Position numbers and translations under genes: made by a program. This document shows, piece after piece, positions 1 to 11,671 of a stretch of 64,000 bases of DNA (its first letter is position 1; every line of letters starts with the position of its first letter). The notes below the pieces were generated by a model. The model searched no databases. It worked only from the letters and a program-made list of their open reading frames with translations, and was not told the DNA's origin. This stretch comes from Candidatus Eiseniibacteriota bacterium (GTDB lineage: Bacteria; Eisenbacteria; RBG-16-71-46). The DNA is taken from the NCBI GenBank assembly GCA_963717935.1, contig CAVQXP010000004.1, positions 1,152,001-1,216,000 on the forward strand. Direction: 5' to 3'.

Positions 1-2
1 GC

Positions 3-623
3 CAGGTCGTGATCGAGGCGGTGAACGAGGACGCCGCGCTCAAGCGCGTCATCTTCCAGCGGTTCGACGCGGTGGCAGCGCCCGGGGCCATCCTCGCCAG
101 CAACACCTCGAGCATCTCGATCACCGAGATCGCCTCGGCCACGAAACGCCCGGACCGGGTCGTCGGCATGCATTTCATGAATCCGGCGCCCGTCATGGCC
201 CTGGTCGAGATCGTCCGCGGGCCCGCCACCAGCGACGCCACCTGCGCGCTGATCGCGGACCTGGCCGTGCGCCTCGGCAAGACGCCGGTCGTGGTGAACG
301 ACTCGCCGGGCTTCGTCTCGAACCGCATCCTGATGCCCATGATCAACGAGGCCTGCTTCACGCTCGAGGAGGGCGTGGCCACCCGGGAGGCCATCGACAC
401 GGTGATGAAGGTGGGCATGAACCACCCGCTCGGTCCGCTCGCGCTCGCCGACCTGATCGGGCTCGACGTCTGCCTCGACATCATGGAGGTGCTGCACCAC
501 GGGCTGGACGACTCGAAGTACCGTCCCTGCCCGCTGCTCGGGAAGCTGGTGAAGGCCGGCCACCTCGGGCGCAAGAGCGGCCGCGGTTTCTACGAGTACC
601 CGGAGACGCCGAAGGGGACGTGA
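3..623 (+). CDS. hbd: 3-hydroxybutyryl-CoA/3-hydroxyacyl-CoA dehydrogenase (5'-truncated by window edge)
   Basis: Motifs [51 protein letters not shown]. Confidence 0.9.
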   Translation, partial: QVVIEAVNEDAALKRVIFQRFDAVAAPGAILASNTSSISITEIASATKRPDRVVGMHFMNPAPVMALVEIVRGPATSDATCALIADLAVRLGKTPVVVNDSPGFVSNRILMPMINEACFTLEEGVATREAIDTVMKVGMNHPLGPLALADLIGLDVCLDIMEVLHHGLDDSKYRPCPLLGKLVKAGHLGRKSGRGFYEYPETPKGT

Positions 624-645
624 GCGGCGGGGGGCCTGCGCGGTC

Positions 646-676
646 GCGAGGGGTGGCCGAAGAGGCCACCCCTCGC
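646..676. terminator. 13-bp GC stem-loop between convergent genes (probable bidirectional terminator or REP-like hairpin)
   Basis: gcgaggggtggcc-gaaga-ggccacccctcgc; no clear U-tract. Confidence 0.5.
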
Positions 677-739
677 TCGCTTCGTCACCAGGTCTCGCCG
701 TCCCTCGCCGGGGCACGCTGCGGCGTTCGGGGTGCGGCC

Positions 740-1198
740 TCAGGCCCCGGGAGCGCCGCTCCCCCTGCCCGCGTCGTCGCGCCGGTCCAGGTCGATCCCC
801 CTGGGGGCCATCCACTGGGCGTAGACGAACAGGGCGAGGCCGATGAAGAGCGGGAGGAACGCCACGCCCAGCGCTTCCGCGTCCTGCTTGACGAGCACGA
901 TGCCCAGCAGCCCGATGCCCGAGCCCGCCGTGATGAGCCCGCCGAGCCGCTGGCCCTCGCGGCGCCGCCGCTGGTGGAGGAGGTCCTCCTGGCGCTGCAG
1001 CTCGATCAGGGCCTCCGCCGGCGCGCCCTGCTCGAGCGCCTTCTTCCTCAGCTCGAAGCGGTAGTAGGTGTCCCGTTCCTTGCGCCGCTGGCTCAGATAG
1101 GTGGCGATGGACAGGAACGTGAACAGGGCGATGACGCCGATCACGATACCGATGGTCTTCAGTGCAATGGGGCTCAGCAGCGAATCCAGGACGAGCAT
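740..1198 (-). CDS. Small membrane protein, DUF6249-like, divergent from the ECF sigma factor
   Basis: ATG at 1198 preceded by GGAGG; N-terminal TM, R...E-R-KA-EQG segment, two C-terminal TMs. Confidence 0.65.
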   Translation of the reverse strand: MLVLDSLLSPIALKTIGIVIGVIALFTFLSIATYLSQRRKERDTYYRFELRKKALEQGAPAEALIELQRQEDLLHQRRRREGQRLGGLITAGSGIGLLGIVLVKQDAEALGVAFLPLFIGLALFVYAQWMAPRGIDLDRRDDAGRGSGAPGA

Positions 1199-1244
1199 GT
1201 CGGCCTCCGCGGGTCTCGGGTCACTTCCCTCGAACGTGGGGTTG

Positions 1245-1271
1245 GACGCCGGCGGCCCGCGCCGGGTTGCA
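1245..1271 (-). promoter_or_regulatory. ECF-type promoter TGCAAC-N17-CGTC for the DUF6249-like gene
   Basis: Minus strand reads aTGCAACccggcgcgggccgccggCGTCcaac. Confidence 0.7.
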
Positions 1272-1342
1272 TGGTCCGGCCCCGCGTGCCTCGCCGGGGC
1301 CGGCCCCCGGCGGCTTCCCATCGGGGGGGCCCGGCGGGAAGA

Positions 1343-1369
1343 TGCAACCTGATCGCCCCGCCGGGCGTC
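1343..1369 (+). promoter_or_regulatory. ECF-type autoregulatory promoter TGCAAC-N17-CGTC
   Basis: aTGCAACctgatcgccccgccgggCGTCccac just upstream of the sigma-factor RBS. Confidence 0.7.
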
Positions 1370-1393
1370 CCACCCGGCGCAAGGAGGAGTCTG

Positions 1394-1951
1394 GTGGCCG
1401 ACGATCCCGATCTGCTCGACGTGCGCCGGGTGCTGCAGGGTGACGTCGAAGCCTTCGAGGGCATCGTCCGCCGCTGGCAGAGACCGCTCGTGAACCTCGC
1501 CTTCCGTCTGTGCCGTGATCGGGGCCTGGCCGAGGACCTGACCCAGGAGGCCTTCGTGAAGGCCTACCGGGGGCTGGCTCGCTGGCGGGGCGAGGGCTGC
1601 TTCTCGACCTGGCTCTTCGCCCTGACGCTCAATCACTGCCGCAGCCGGCTGCGCCGCTTCCGGCCGCCGATGGTGGACATCGACGATGTCCCCGATGTCG
1701 CCGTGCCCCCGGACGGAGAGCGCCAGGTCGACGAGGCGCAGCGCGCCGGGATCGTGCGCCGGGCGGTGGCCGACCTCCCCGAGCGCTATCGCGATGCCGT
1801 GGTCCTGTTCTACCTTCGGGGCGCGAGCCTGGAGGAGGCGGCGAGCAGCCTCCAGGTGCCCGAGGGGACCCTCAAGGCGCGGCTCCACCGCGCCCGCGCC
1901 ATGCTGCGCGGGAGGCTCCTGCTTCTGGGTCCGCTCGCGGGGGAGGAGTGA
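1394..1951 (+). CDS. ECF RNA polymerase sigma factor (sigma70 family, group 4)
   Basis: AAGGAGG RBS then GTG 1394; region 2 (AEDLTQEAFVKAY, FSTWL) and region 4 (LPERYR...A..LQVPEGTLKARLHRAR). Confidence 0.9.
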   Translation: MADDPDLLDVRRVLQGDVEAFEGIVRRWQRPLVNLAFRLCRDRGLAEDLTQEAFVKAYRGLARWRGEGCFSTWLFALTLNHCRSRLRRFRPPMVDIDDVPDVAVPPDGERQVDEAQRAGIVRRAVADLPERYRDAVVLFYLRGASLEEAASSLQVPEGTLKARLHRARAMLRGRLLLLGPLAGEE

Positions 1952-2313
1952 TGCGCCAGGACGACATCGGCCGCCTGCTGGCCCTGGAGGAGATGATCGA
2001 GCCGTCGCCGGGCTTCACGGCCTCGGTGATGGGTGCGGTGCGGCGCGAGGCGGAGACCCTGGAGCCGCTCGCCTTCCCGTGGCGCCGCGCCCTGCCCGGA
2101 CTGGTGCTCTCCGCCGCCGGGCTGGTGGCGGGACTCGCGCTGCTCGTCGTGGCCTTCATCTCCGCGCCCGCCTCCGAGACGGCCGTCGTCTGGACCATCC
2201 CCGCCTGGCTCAGTGGCGGGCGCCTGCTGTCCGCGGCCGCGCTGGCGGGCTCGCTCTTCGTCGCCTGGCTCGCCGTACGTCTCTCCCGGGCAGCCAGCGA
2301 TACGGTCTTCTAG
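1951..2313 (+). CDS. Putative membrane anti-sigma factor
   Basis: Overlaps the sigma stop codon; N-terminal PSPGFTASVM motif and two hydrophobic helices. Confidence 0.6.
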   Translation: MRQDDIGRLLALEEMIEPSPGFTASVMGAVRREAETLEPLAFPWRRALPGLVLSAAGLVAGLALLVVAFISAPASETAVVWTIPAWLSGGRLLSAAALAGSLFVAWLAVRLSRAASDTVF

Positions 2314-2460
2314 GCTCGCTGACCGGCCGGCCCCCGCGGCCCCCCGCGGACGCCACGCGGACTGAGCGACCCGGGACGTCTCTGCTAGACTATCCGGCCA
2401 GCCGGGTGGGGAGGCTCCGCTTCCCCGCGGACGCCCAGACCCGAGCATCGAGGAGCAGCC

Positions 2461-3582
2461 ATGTCGAAAGTCGCCGTCCTGCGCACGTCGCCCGAGACCG
2501 TCGTCCAGGACTATGGTCGCCTGATGGACCTCGCGGGCTACCGCCAGGTCCTGCCCTTCGACAAGCAGACCTGCCTGCGCATCAACATCTCCTGGCACGT
2601 CTACATGCCGGCCTGCTCGACCACGCCCTGGCAGATGCACGGGATCATCGAGAAGCTGAAGAGCGACGGCTACGATGTCTCGCGCGACCTCATCGCGGCG
2701 CAGAACGACACGGTCGTGGTCTCGTGCCGCGAGGGCGCGGTGAACAACCACCTGCAGCCCGTGCTCGACCACTTCCGGGTCCCCATCCAGTACCTGAGCG
2801 AGCCGCCCACGGAGTGGATCACCTACCAGCCCAAGTCGAAGATGCTGGTGCTCGACCGGGTGTTCGAGAAGCAGGGCATCCAGATCCCGAAGCTGCTGAT
2901 GGGGAAGAGCGTCATCCACATGCCCACGGTCAAGACCCACATCTTCACCGGTACGACCGGCTCGATGAAGAACGCCTTCGGCGGGCTGCTGAACCTGAAC
3001 CGTCACTGGACGCACTCGGTCATCCACGAGACGCTCGTGGACCTGCTGCGCATCCAGAAGGAGATCCACCCCGGGATCCTCGCGGTGATGGACGGCACCA
3101 TCGTGGGGGATGGCCCCGGCCCGCGCGCCATGCGGCCGCACGTCAAGAACTACATCCTCGCCTCGGACGACTGCGTGGCCATCGACGCGGTCGCGGCGAA
3201 GATGATGGGCTTCGACCCCATGACCGACCTCAAGTTCATCCGCCTGGCGCACGAGAACGGCCTGGGCGTCGGCCGCCCCGAGGAGATCGAGATCGTGGGC
3301 GACGACATCAAGGGCGTGAACTTCGGCTTCCGCGGCTCGCTGAACGAGAACACCTTCGCCTCGTGGGGCCAGAAGCTCATCTACTGGGGCCCGCTGAAGC
3401 CGCTCGAGAACCTGCTGCTGCGCTCGCCCATCGTGCCCTGGAGCTACGTCGCCTCGCGGGCCTACCACGACGGCTACTGGTTCCCGATCAAGGGCAAGCC
3501 GCGCGTGCGCGAGATCATGAAGACCGGCTGGGGCGACCTGTTCCGCGCCTACGGCGACGGCCGGGCGCTGGGGAAGGTCTAG
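2461..3582 (+). CDS. DUF362-family protein (putative Fe-S/oxidoreductase-associated)
   Basis: GAGGAG RBS; PTVKTH, GSMKNAFG, MDGT-GDGPGP and DCVAIDAV-A-MMGFDP motifs. Confidence 0.7.
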   Translation: MSKVAVLRTSPETVVQDYGRLMDLAGYRQVLPFDKQTCLRINISWHVYMPACSTTPWQMHGIIEKLKSDGYDVSRDLIAAQNDTVVVSCREGAVNNHLQPVLDHFRVPIQYLSEPPTEWITYQPKSKMLVLDRVFEKQGIQIPKLLMGKSVIHMPTVKTHIFTGTTGSMKNAFGGLLNLNRHWTHSVIHETLVDLLRIQKEIHPGILAVMDGTIVGDGPGPRAMRPHVKNYILASDDCVAIDAVAAKMMGFDPMTDLKFIRLAHENGLGVGRPEEIEIVGDDIKGVNFGFRGSLNENTFASWGQKLIYWGPLKPLENLLLRSPIVPWSYVASRAYHDGYWFPIKGKPRVREIMKTGWGDLFRAYGDGRALGKV

Positions 3583-3688
3583 CAGGCGGTGGTGCTGGGC
3601 GGTGGCGCGTGTGCGCCGCCGCCCCGTGTTCCCGGGTCGGGCGCGAAGGGGGCTGGCAGGCGCGCCCGCGAGTGCTAAGTTCCCCGCC

Positions 3689-4586
3689 ATGCCCGCCCTC
3701 GAAGTCTCGGATCTCGCCAGGCGCTACGGCCGCGTGCACGCCCTGCGGGGCGTGAGCTTCGCGCTCGAGCCGGGCGAGGTCTTCGGCTACCTGGGGCCCA
3801 ACGGCGCGGGCAAGACCACCACCCTGCGCGTCATCCTCGGCCTCGTCCACGCCGACCGCGGCTCCGTGCGCCTGCTGGGCGAGCCCGCGGGGCGCGCGAG
3901 CGCCCGCGAGCGCATCGGCTACCTGCCGGGCGAGTTGCGGCTCCACGGCGGCATGACGGGTCGTGCGCTGCTCGACCACTTCGCGCGCTTCCGTCCGTCG
4001 CGGCCGCCGGTGCTGCGCGAGCGGTTGCTCGGCGCGCTCGACCTCGAGGAATCCGACCTCGCGCGGCGGGTGAAATGGCTCTCCCACGGCACCCGGCAGA
4101 AGATCGGGCTGGTGATCGCCATGCAGCACGATCCGGACGTGGTGTTGCTCGACGAGCCCACCAACGGGCTCGACCCGCTGGTGCAGCAAGGCTTCCGTGA
4201 CCTGGTGCGCGAGCTGGCAGCGCGCGGGCGGACGATCCTGCTTCTCCTCGCACGTGCTCTCCGAGGTCGAGGCCGTGTGCGGGCGCGTGGCGGTGCTGCG
4301 CGCGGGCGAGCTGCTGGCGGTGGAGGAGATCGAGGCGCTGCGCGCGCGCCTCGTGCGCCGCCTCGAGGCCCGCTTCCGCGGGCCCGCCCCCGGCAGCCTC
4401 GCCGCGCTGCCGGGTGTGACGCGTGCCGAGGTCGCGGGCAGTGCCGCCACGCTCTGGCTCCAGGGCGACGTGAACCCGCTGCTGCGGCGGCTCGCGGAGT
4501 GTGAGGTCGAGCACCTGGTCTTCCCCGAGCCCCAGCTCGAAGACGTCTTCCTCGATCTCTACCGCGACCGGGGAGGGGTGGGCTGA
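3689..4586 (+). CDS. ABC transporter ATP-binding protein (apparent 1-nt frameshift near 4240)
   Basis: Walker A GPNGAGKT, LLDEPTNGLDP; the H-loop SSHVLSEVE continues in another frame. Confidence 0.85.
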
Positions 4587-5385
4587 TGCGCAACCTCCTG
4601 CGGCTCCTGCTGGCGCGGCACGCCGTCTACGTGGTGGTGAGCGGCCTGCTGCTCGGCGGCTTCCAGTGGCTGATCTGCGCCGTGGTCGCCTCGACGGACG
4701 TGACCGGCGCACTCGGCACGCTGGTCCAGTCGCTGCCGCCGATGGTCCAGTCCATGGTCTCGGAGCAGTTCTTCGGCGGGTTCTCGAAGGGGAGCCTGCT
4801 GGCCTTCGGTTGGGCGCACCCGATCGCGCAGGCGGTGGGCGCGGCGCTGGCGGTCGTGCTGGCGACGCAGGCGGTGGCCGGCGAGTCCGAGTCCGGCACC
4901 ATCGAGCTGACTCTGGGCCAGCCGATCGCGCGGCACACCTACCTGGCAGCGCACGTCGTCTTCGCGCTCACGGTGCTCGTCTTCGTCACGCTGCTGGGGC
5001 TCGGTCGGACGATCGCCGGGGGCCGCTTCTACGGTCTCGAGCCGTTCCGCCTGGCGGCGCTGGCGCGACTCGGGCTCGACTATCTCGCCCTGCAGGCGGC
5101 GCTGTTCGGGCTGACGCTGATGTTCTCGGCCTTCGGCCGCGAGGGCGGTCGCGTGGCGCTGTTCGGCTTCCTCTGCGCGCTGGTCTCGTACCTCGTCCAC
5201 GTCATCGGCACGATGTGGGACGGGTGGAAGCCGCTGCTGCCGTACACGCTCCACGCGTACTACGTGCCGAAGGACGTCCTGGTCGAGAGCGCTGGCGTGG
5301 CCCGCCCCGTCGCGATGCTGCTCGCGGTGGCGCTGGCGGGCTGCTCGTGGCGTGGTGGCGGTTCCGGCGCCGGGACCTGCCGTAG
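4586..5385 (+). CDS. ABC-2 type permease (apparent frameshift near 5340)
   Basis: Multiple TMs, AGESESGTIE-L-QPI-R motif; typical C-terminal FRRRDLP lies in a shifted frame. Confidence 0.8.
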
Positions 5386-5402
5386 GCCCGGCGCCGGCTC
5401 CT

Positions 5403-5784
5403 TCAGCCCTCGAACACCACCGTCGCGATCGCCAGCCCGCCGTCGTGCGTGAGCGAGAGGTGCGCGGCGGTGCAGCCGAGTGAGGCGAAGAGCTCGCGGC
5501 CCCTGCCGTGGAACTCGAGCCGCGGCTGGCGGCCGCCCGGCTGGATGACCTCGAAGTCCTTCCAGCCCACGCCCTGGCTCATGCCCGTGCCGAGCGCCTT
5601 CGAGGCCGCCTCCTTCGCCGCGAAGCGCGCGGCGAGATGGGGCAGGGGGTCGCCGGAAGGAGCGGCAGTAGGCCAGCTCGCCCTCGGTGAACAGGCGGCG
5701 CTCCATCCGCTCGCCGAAGCGCCCGAGGGCCTCGACGATGCGCTCGACCTTCACGACATCCACTCCGATCCCGCGGACGGGCAT
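5403..5784 (-). CDS. acpS: Holo-[acyl-carrier-protein] synthase (apparent frameshift near 5654)
   Basis: GIGVDVV...FTEGE in one frame, then LAARFAAKEA-SKALGTG...HLSLTHD in the next. Confidence 0.9.
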
Positions 5785-5805
5785 GGGGCCTCCGGTGCTG
5801 GGTGA

Positions 5806-7296
<1,491 letters not shown>

Positions 7297-7371
7297 AGCG
7301 CCCGCCGGCGTGACCGGCGGACACCCCGATCACCGGCCGTGACGGCCGGTCTTCCAACCGAGGATCCACAC

Positions 7372-7725
7372 ATGCTCATGGTCAGCGACGCATTCGCTCA
7401 GGGGTTGTTCGGCGGCGGCGGCTCGGCCGCGTCCGGCTCGCCGAACCCGAACATGACCTTCATCCTGCAGATCGCGCAGTTCCTGCCGATCATCGCCATC
7501 TTCTACCTGTTGCTCATCCGCCCGCAGCAGCAGCAGGCGAAGAAGCTCAAGCTCATGCTGGCCGCGCTCAAGAGAGGCGACAAGGTCGTGACCTCGGGCG
7601 GGCTGATGGGCACGATCGTCGGGCTCGACGAGCACAAGGCGGTGCTGCGCGTCGCGGACGACGTCAAGATGGAGTTCCTCAAGAGCGCCATCGTGAGCGT
7701 CGTGACGGAGGGCCAGCAGAAGTGA
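7372..7725 (+). CDS. yajC: Preprotein translocase subunit YajC
   Basis: FYLLLIRPQ...L-RGDKVVT-GG-G; follows tgt. Confidence 0.9.
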   Translation: MLMVSDAFAQGLFGGGGSAASGSPNPNMTFILQIAQFLPIIAIFYLLLIRPQQQQAKKLKLMLAALKRGDKVVTSGGLMGTIVGLDEHKAVLRVADDVKMEFLKSAIVSVVTEGQQK

Positions 7726-8282
7726 GTCTCCGGCCCGTGCGCATCTACGGCGACCCCGTGCTGCGCGACCGGGCGGTCGAGGTGCCCGGCGTGGACGACA
7801 CCCTGCGGCAGCTGATCGCCGACATGCGCGAGACCATGAAGGCCTACGGTGGCGTGGGCCTCGCCGCCAACCAGGTCGGCGTGGCGCAGCGCGTGCTGGT
7901 CGTGGACGTGCCGCTGGACGAGGGCGAGCGCGGGGTCCACGCGCTCATCAACCCGGTGGTGAAGCGGCGCGTCGGCACCATCAGCGGCGAGGAGGGCTGT
8001 CTCTCGGTCCCCGGCATCTGGGACGACGTGACGCGTTCCGAGCGCGTGGTGGTGGAGGCGCTCGACGAGGAGGGCCGCAGGCTCGAGCTGGACGTCGAGG
8101 GCTACCTCGCGCGCGCCATCCAGCACGAGATCGACCACCTCGAGGGCGTGCTGTTCGTGGACCGGCTCTCGCCGCTCAAGCGGCAGTTCCTGCGGCGTTC
8201 GCTCGACGAGCTGGCGCGCGGGGAGCTGCCCGAGGACTACCACCCGCCGGTGGACCGCGGGGGACACGGAGGCTCGTTCTGA
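7722..8282 (+). CDS. def: Peptide deformylase
   Basis: GVGLAANQ, EGCLS, QHEIDHL. Confidence 0.97.
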   Translation: MSLRPVRIYGDPVLRDRAVEVPGVDDTLRQLIADMRETMKAYGGVGLAANQVGVAQRVLVVDVPLDEGERGVHALINPVVKRRVGTISGEEGCLSVPGIWDDVTRSERVVVEALDEEGRRLELDVEGYLARAIQHEIDHLEGVLFVDRLSPLKRQFLRRSLDELARGELPEDYHPPVDRGGHGGSF

Positions 8283-9240
8283 GCGGGCCCCGGGTCGTGT
8301 TCATGGGCACGCCGGACTTCGCGGTGCCCGCCCTGCGCGCGGTGGCCCGCACCTGCGACGTCGCGCTGGTGGTGACGCAGCCCGACCGGCCGAAGGGCCG
8401 CGGGCGCGCGCTGGCCGAGTCGGAGGTCGCGCTCGAAGCGGCGCGGCTGGGGCTGCCGGTCGAGAAGCCGGCGGAGATGAAGTCCGAGGCGGTGCGTGAG
8501 CGGATCGCCTCGCTCTCGCCCGACCTGTTCGCCGTGGTGGCCTTCGGCGCGATCCTGAGCCCCGCGCTGCTGGCGCTGCCGCGGCTCGGCGCGGTCAACC
8601 TGCACGGCTCGCTCCTGCCCGAGTACCGCGGCGCCTCGCCGGTGCAGCGCGCGCTGTGGGACGGACGCGCCTTCACCGGCGTGACCACGCTCTTCATGGA
8701 CGAGGGCGTGGACACGGGCGACATGATCCTGCAGCGCTGGCTCGCCATCGAGCCCGACGACCACGCCGGCACGCTGGCGGCGAAGCTCGCCGAGTTCGGG
8801 GCTCCGCTGCTGGCCGAGAGCCTGCTGCTCGCGGCGGCCGGCAAGGCGCCGCGCCGCCCGCAGGCGCGGGACGAGCGGCTCGTACGCCCGGAAGCTGCGC
8901 AAGGAGGACGGCGTGGTGGACTGGGCGACTGGACGCGGTGACGGTCTGGAACCGGCAGCGCGCGGTGACGCCGTGGCCCGGAGCGACGACGGCCTCCGAG
9001 GGCAGGCGCCTGCTCGTCACGGGCGCGTGGCCGCACCACCGGCTGGCCGTGCCCGAGCCGCCGGGGACGGTGCTGGCGGTGACCCGCGAGGGCGTGATGG
9101 TGGCGTGCGCTCCCGGCGTGCTGCTGGTGACGCGCGTGAAGCCCGAGGGCCGCTCCGAGATGGGCGCGGTCGAGTGGGCGCGCGGGGCGCGGCTCGCGAC
9201 CGGTGCGCGCCTGGTGCTGCCGAAGGAGGTGCCCGCGTGA
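8279..9240 (+). CDS. fmt: Methionyl-tRNA formyltransferase (probable CTG start; two apparent frameshifts near 8878 and 8925)
   Basis: VFMGTPDFA, VVTQPDRP-GRG, NLHGSLLP-YRGA-P, then YARKL-KEDG-VDW and RAVTPWPGA in successive frames. Confidence 0.9.
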
Positions 9241-10853
9241 GCCCGCCGGGTGGCGGTGGATCGCGTGGGGGCGAAGGCCGCGGCCAGGGCCCGCGCCGCA
9301 AGGCCCGATTCCCGGGCCCCAAGCCCTCGGGCCAGGCGGGGGCGGTGAACCGCTCGCGCCCGATCTACGAGCCCGCGCCGAGGCGCGGACGGCGGCCCGG
9401 CGGGCCCGCGCGGCGCTTCGAGCGCCCGGGCGCCGGACTGCCCGGCACGGGCCGCGGCGGTGACGCCGGCCGCGGGCCCAACGGCGGTCGCGGCCTGCCC
9501 TTCGAGGAGAAGGGCCCGCCGCCGCTGCCCTCGAACCCCCGCGAGGCCGCGCTGCGCATCCTGCACGCGGCCGACACGCGCAGCGCCTTCAGCGACCGGA
9601 TGCTCGACGGCGCGCACGCGCACGGCGGGCCCGATCCGCGCGACCAGGCGCTCATGCACGAGCTGGTCAAGGGCACGCTGCGCTGGCGTGGCCGGCTCGA
9701 CTGGTCGCTCGACCCGCTGATCCACATCGGCTTCTCGCAGGTCCAGCCCTGGATCAAGAACATCCTGCGGCTCGGCGCCTACCAGATCCTGTTCCTCGAC
9801 CGCGTGCCGCCGCACGCCGCGGTGGACGAATCGGTGAAGCTCGCGCACAAGTACGGGCACCCCGGCACGGCCGGGCTGGTGAACAGCGTGCTGCGCCGCC
9901 TCGTCGAGGAGAAGGACCGGATCGTGCCGCCGGCGGGCGACGACGCCGAGTCGCTGGCGGTGTGGGGCTCGCACCCGCGCTGGATCGTCGAGCGCTGGCT
10001 CGCGCGCTTCGGGCCCGAGGCCACGCGCGCACTGCTGCTGGCCGACAATCGCGCGGTGCCGGTGGGGCTGCGCGTGAATCGCCTGCGCCTGACGCGCGAC
10101 GAGCTGATCGCGAAGCTCGCCGACGCGGGCGTGGTGGCCACGCCCGCGCGGCTGGCGAGCGACCTGGTGTGGATCGAGGGCACGCACGCCCCGGGCGCGC
10201 TCGAGGCGTTCAAGCGCGGCCTGTGCACGGTGCAGGACGAGAGCGAGGCGCTGGTCTGCCGCCTGGTCGCGCCCGAGCCGCACGAGCGGCTGCTCGACCT
10301 GTGCGCCGCACCCGGCGGCAAGAGCACGCACCTGGCGGAGTTGATGGGCGACGAGGGCGAGGTCTGGGCGATGGAGCGCGCCGAGGCGCGCGTGGCGTCA
10401 CTCGAGGCCACGGTCGCGCGGCTCGGCACGCATGCCGTGCACGTGGTGCTCGGCGACGGGCGCATCTACCCGTTCCCGATGCCCTTCGACCGCGTGCTGG
10501 TGGACGCGCCCTGCACGGGGCTCGGCGTGCTCGGCCGCCGCGCGGATGCGCGCTGGCGCAAGGGCCCGGAGTCGCTGCGCGAGCTGCCACCCGCGCAGCT
10601 CGAGTTGCTCTCCGCGGGCGGCCGCCGCGCGCGCCCGGGCGGCGTGCTGGTCTACAGCGTCTGCTCGTTCGAGCCCGAGGAGACCACCGAGGTGGTCGAG
10701 CGCTTCCTGCGCCAGGATCCGGCCTTCGTGCTGGAGAGCGTGCAGGGCCTGGTGCCCGACGAACTGGTGGACGTGGACGGCTTCATGCGCGTGCTGCCTC
10801 ACGTGCACGGTTGCGACGGCGCCTTCGCCGCGCGCTTCCGCAGGATCTCATGA
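9237..10853 (+). CDS. rsmB: 16S rRNA m5C967 methyltransferase RsmB/Sun with a G/R/P-rich N-terminal extension
   Basis: NusB-like domain (HAAVDESV), VQDE, DLCAAPGGKS, DAPCTG-G, YSVCS. Confidence 0.92.
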   Translation: MSPPGGGGSRGGEGRGQGPRRKARFPGPKPSGQAGAVNRSRPIYEPAPRRGRRPGGPARRFERPGAGLPGTGRGGDAGRGPNGGRGLPFEEKGPPPLPSNPREAALRILHAADTRSAFSDRMLDGAHAHGGPDPRDQALMHELVKGTLRWRGRLDWSLDPLIHIGFSQVQPWIKNILRLGAYQILFLDRVPPHAAVDESVKLAHKYGHPGTAGLVNSVLRRLVEEKDRIVPPAGDDAESLAVWGSHPRWIVERWLARFGPEATRALLLADNRAVPVGLRVNRLRLTRDELIAKLADAGVVATPARLASDLVWIEGTHAPGALEAFKRGLCTVQDESEALVCRLVAPEPHERLLDLCAAPGGKSTHLAELMGDEGEVWAMERAEARVASLEATVARLGTHAVHVVLGDGRIYPFPMPFDRVLVDAPCTGLGVLGRRADARWRKGPESLRELPPAQLELLSAGGRRARPGGVLVYSVCSFEPEETTEVVERFLRQDPAFVLESVQGLVPDELVDVDGFMRVLPHVHGCDGAFAARFRRIS

Positions 10854-11671
10854 GCGACGAGCCCCGCAGCGTCGCGCCCGCGGAGCCTGACGCCGCGCCC
10901 GCGCCGGCCCCGGAGTCCTGGCCGGGCGTGGAGCGCCGCCGGCCCGGCCGCGCCCTGCGCACCGCGCTGCTCCTGCTGGTGCTGGCCGGCGGGGCGTTCG
11001 CCACCGGCATGGCGCTCTTCAACGGGCTGGTGATGCCCCGGCTCATCCATCGCCGTGGCGAGGTGCGCGTGCCGGATCTTGCGAGCCTGAGAGTGGAGCA
11101 GGCCGAGCAGTCCCTGCGGCAGCTCGGGCTCAAGCTCTCGCGTTCGGGGGAGCGCTTCGACCTGGCCGTGCCGCGCGGGCTCATCCTGCAGCAGGATCCG
11201 CCGCCGCGGAGCGCCGTGCGCGCGGGCCGCCGCGTGCTCGTGGTCGTGAGTCTGGGCGAGGAGTTCAGCTCGGTGCCGCAATTGTTCGGCACCTCGCTGC
11301 GGGGCGCGCGCGTCCTGATCGAGCGCACCGGGCTCTCCGTGGGCGGCGTCACGCGTGCGCCCTCGGAGGACGTGGGCGAGGGGCTCGTCGTGGGCACGGA
11401 CCCGCCGGCCGAGAGCGTGCTGCCGCGCGAGACCCCGGTGGGCCTGCTGGTCTCGACCGGCAGCGCGGCCGAGAGCCACGTGATGCCCGAGTTGTTCGGC
11501 CGCGACCTGCTCGCCGTGCGCCGCCAGCTGGAGTCCTTCGGTTTCCGCGTGGTGAGCCCCGAGGGCCCGGGCTCGCGCGGCATGATCATCGTGCAGCAGC
11601 CGGCGCCCGGCGCGCGCATGGACCGCGGCACCGTCGTCACCCTGCAGGGCAACGGGAGGTCATCTTCATGA
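10850..11671 (+). CDS. Membrane-anchored PASTA-domain protein (about three PASTA repeats, no kinase domain)
   Basis: One TM, then VPDL..., VPQL-G and MPEL-G repeats with QDP/QQP. Confidence 0.8.
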   Translation: MSDEPRSVAPAEPDAAPAPAPESWPGVERRRPGRALRTALLLLVLAGGAFATGMALFNGLVMPRLIHRRGEVRVPDLASLRVEQAEQSLRQLGLKLSRSGERFDLAVPRGLILQQDPPPRSAVRAGRRVLVVVSLGEEFSSVPQLFGTSLRGARVLIERTGLSVGGVTRAPSEDVGEGLVVGTDPPAESVLPRETPVGLLVSTGSAAESHVMPELFGRDLLAVRRQLESFGFRVVSPEGPGSRGMIIVQQPAPGARMDRGTVVTLQGNGRSSS

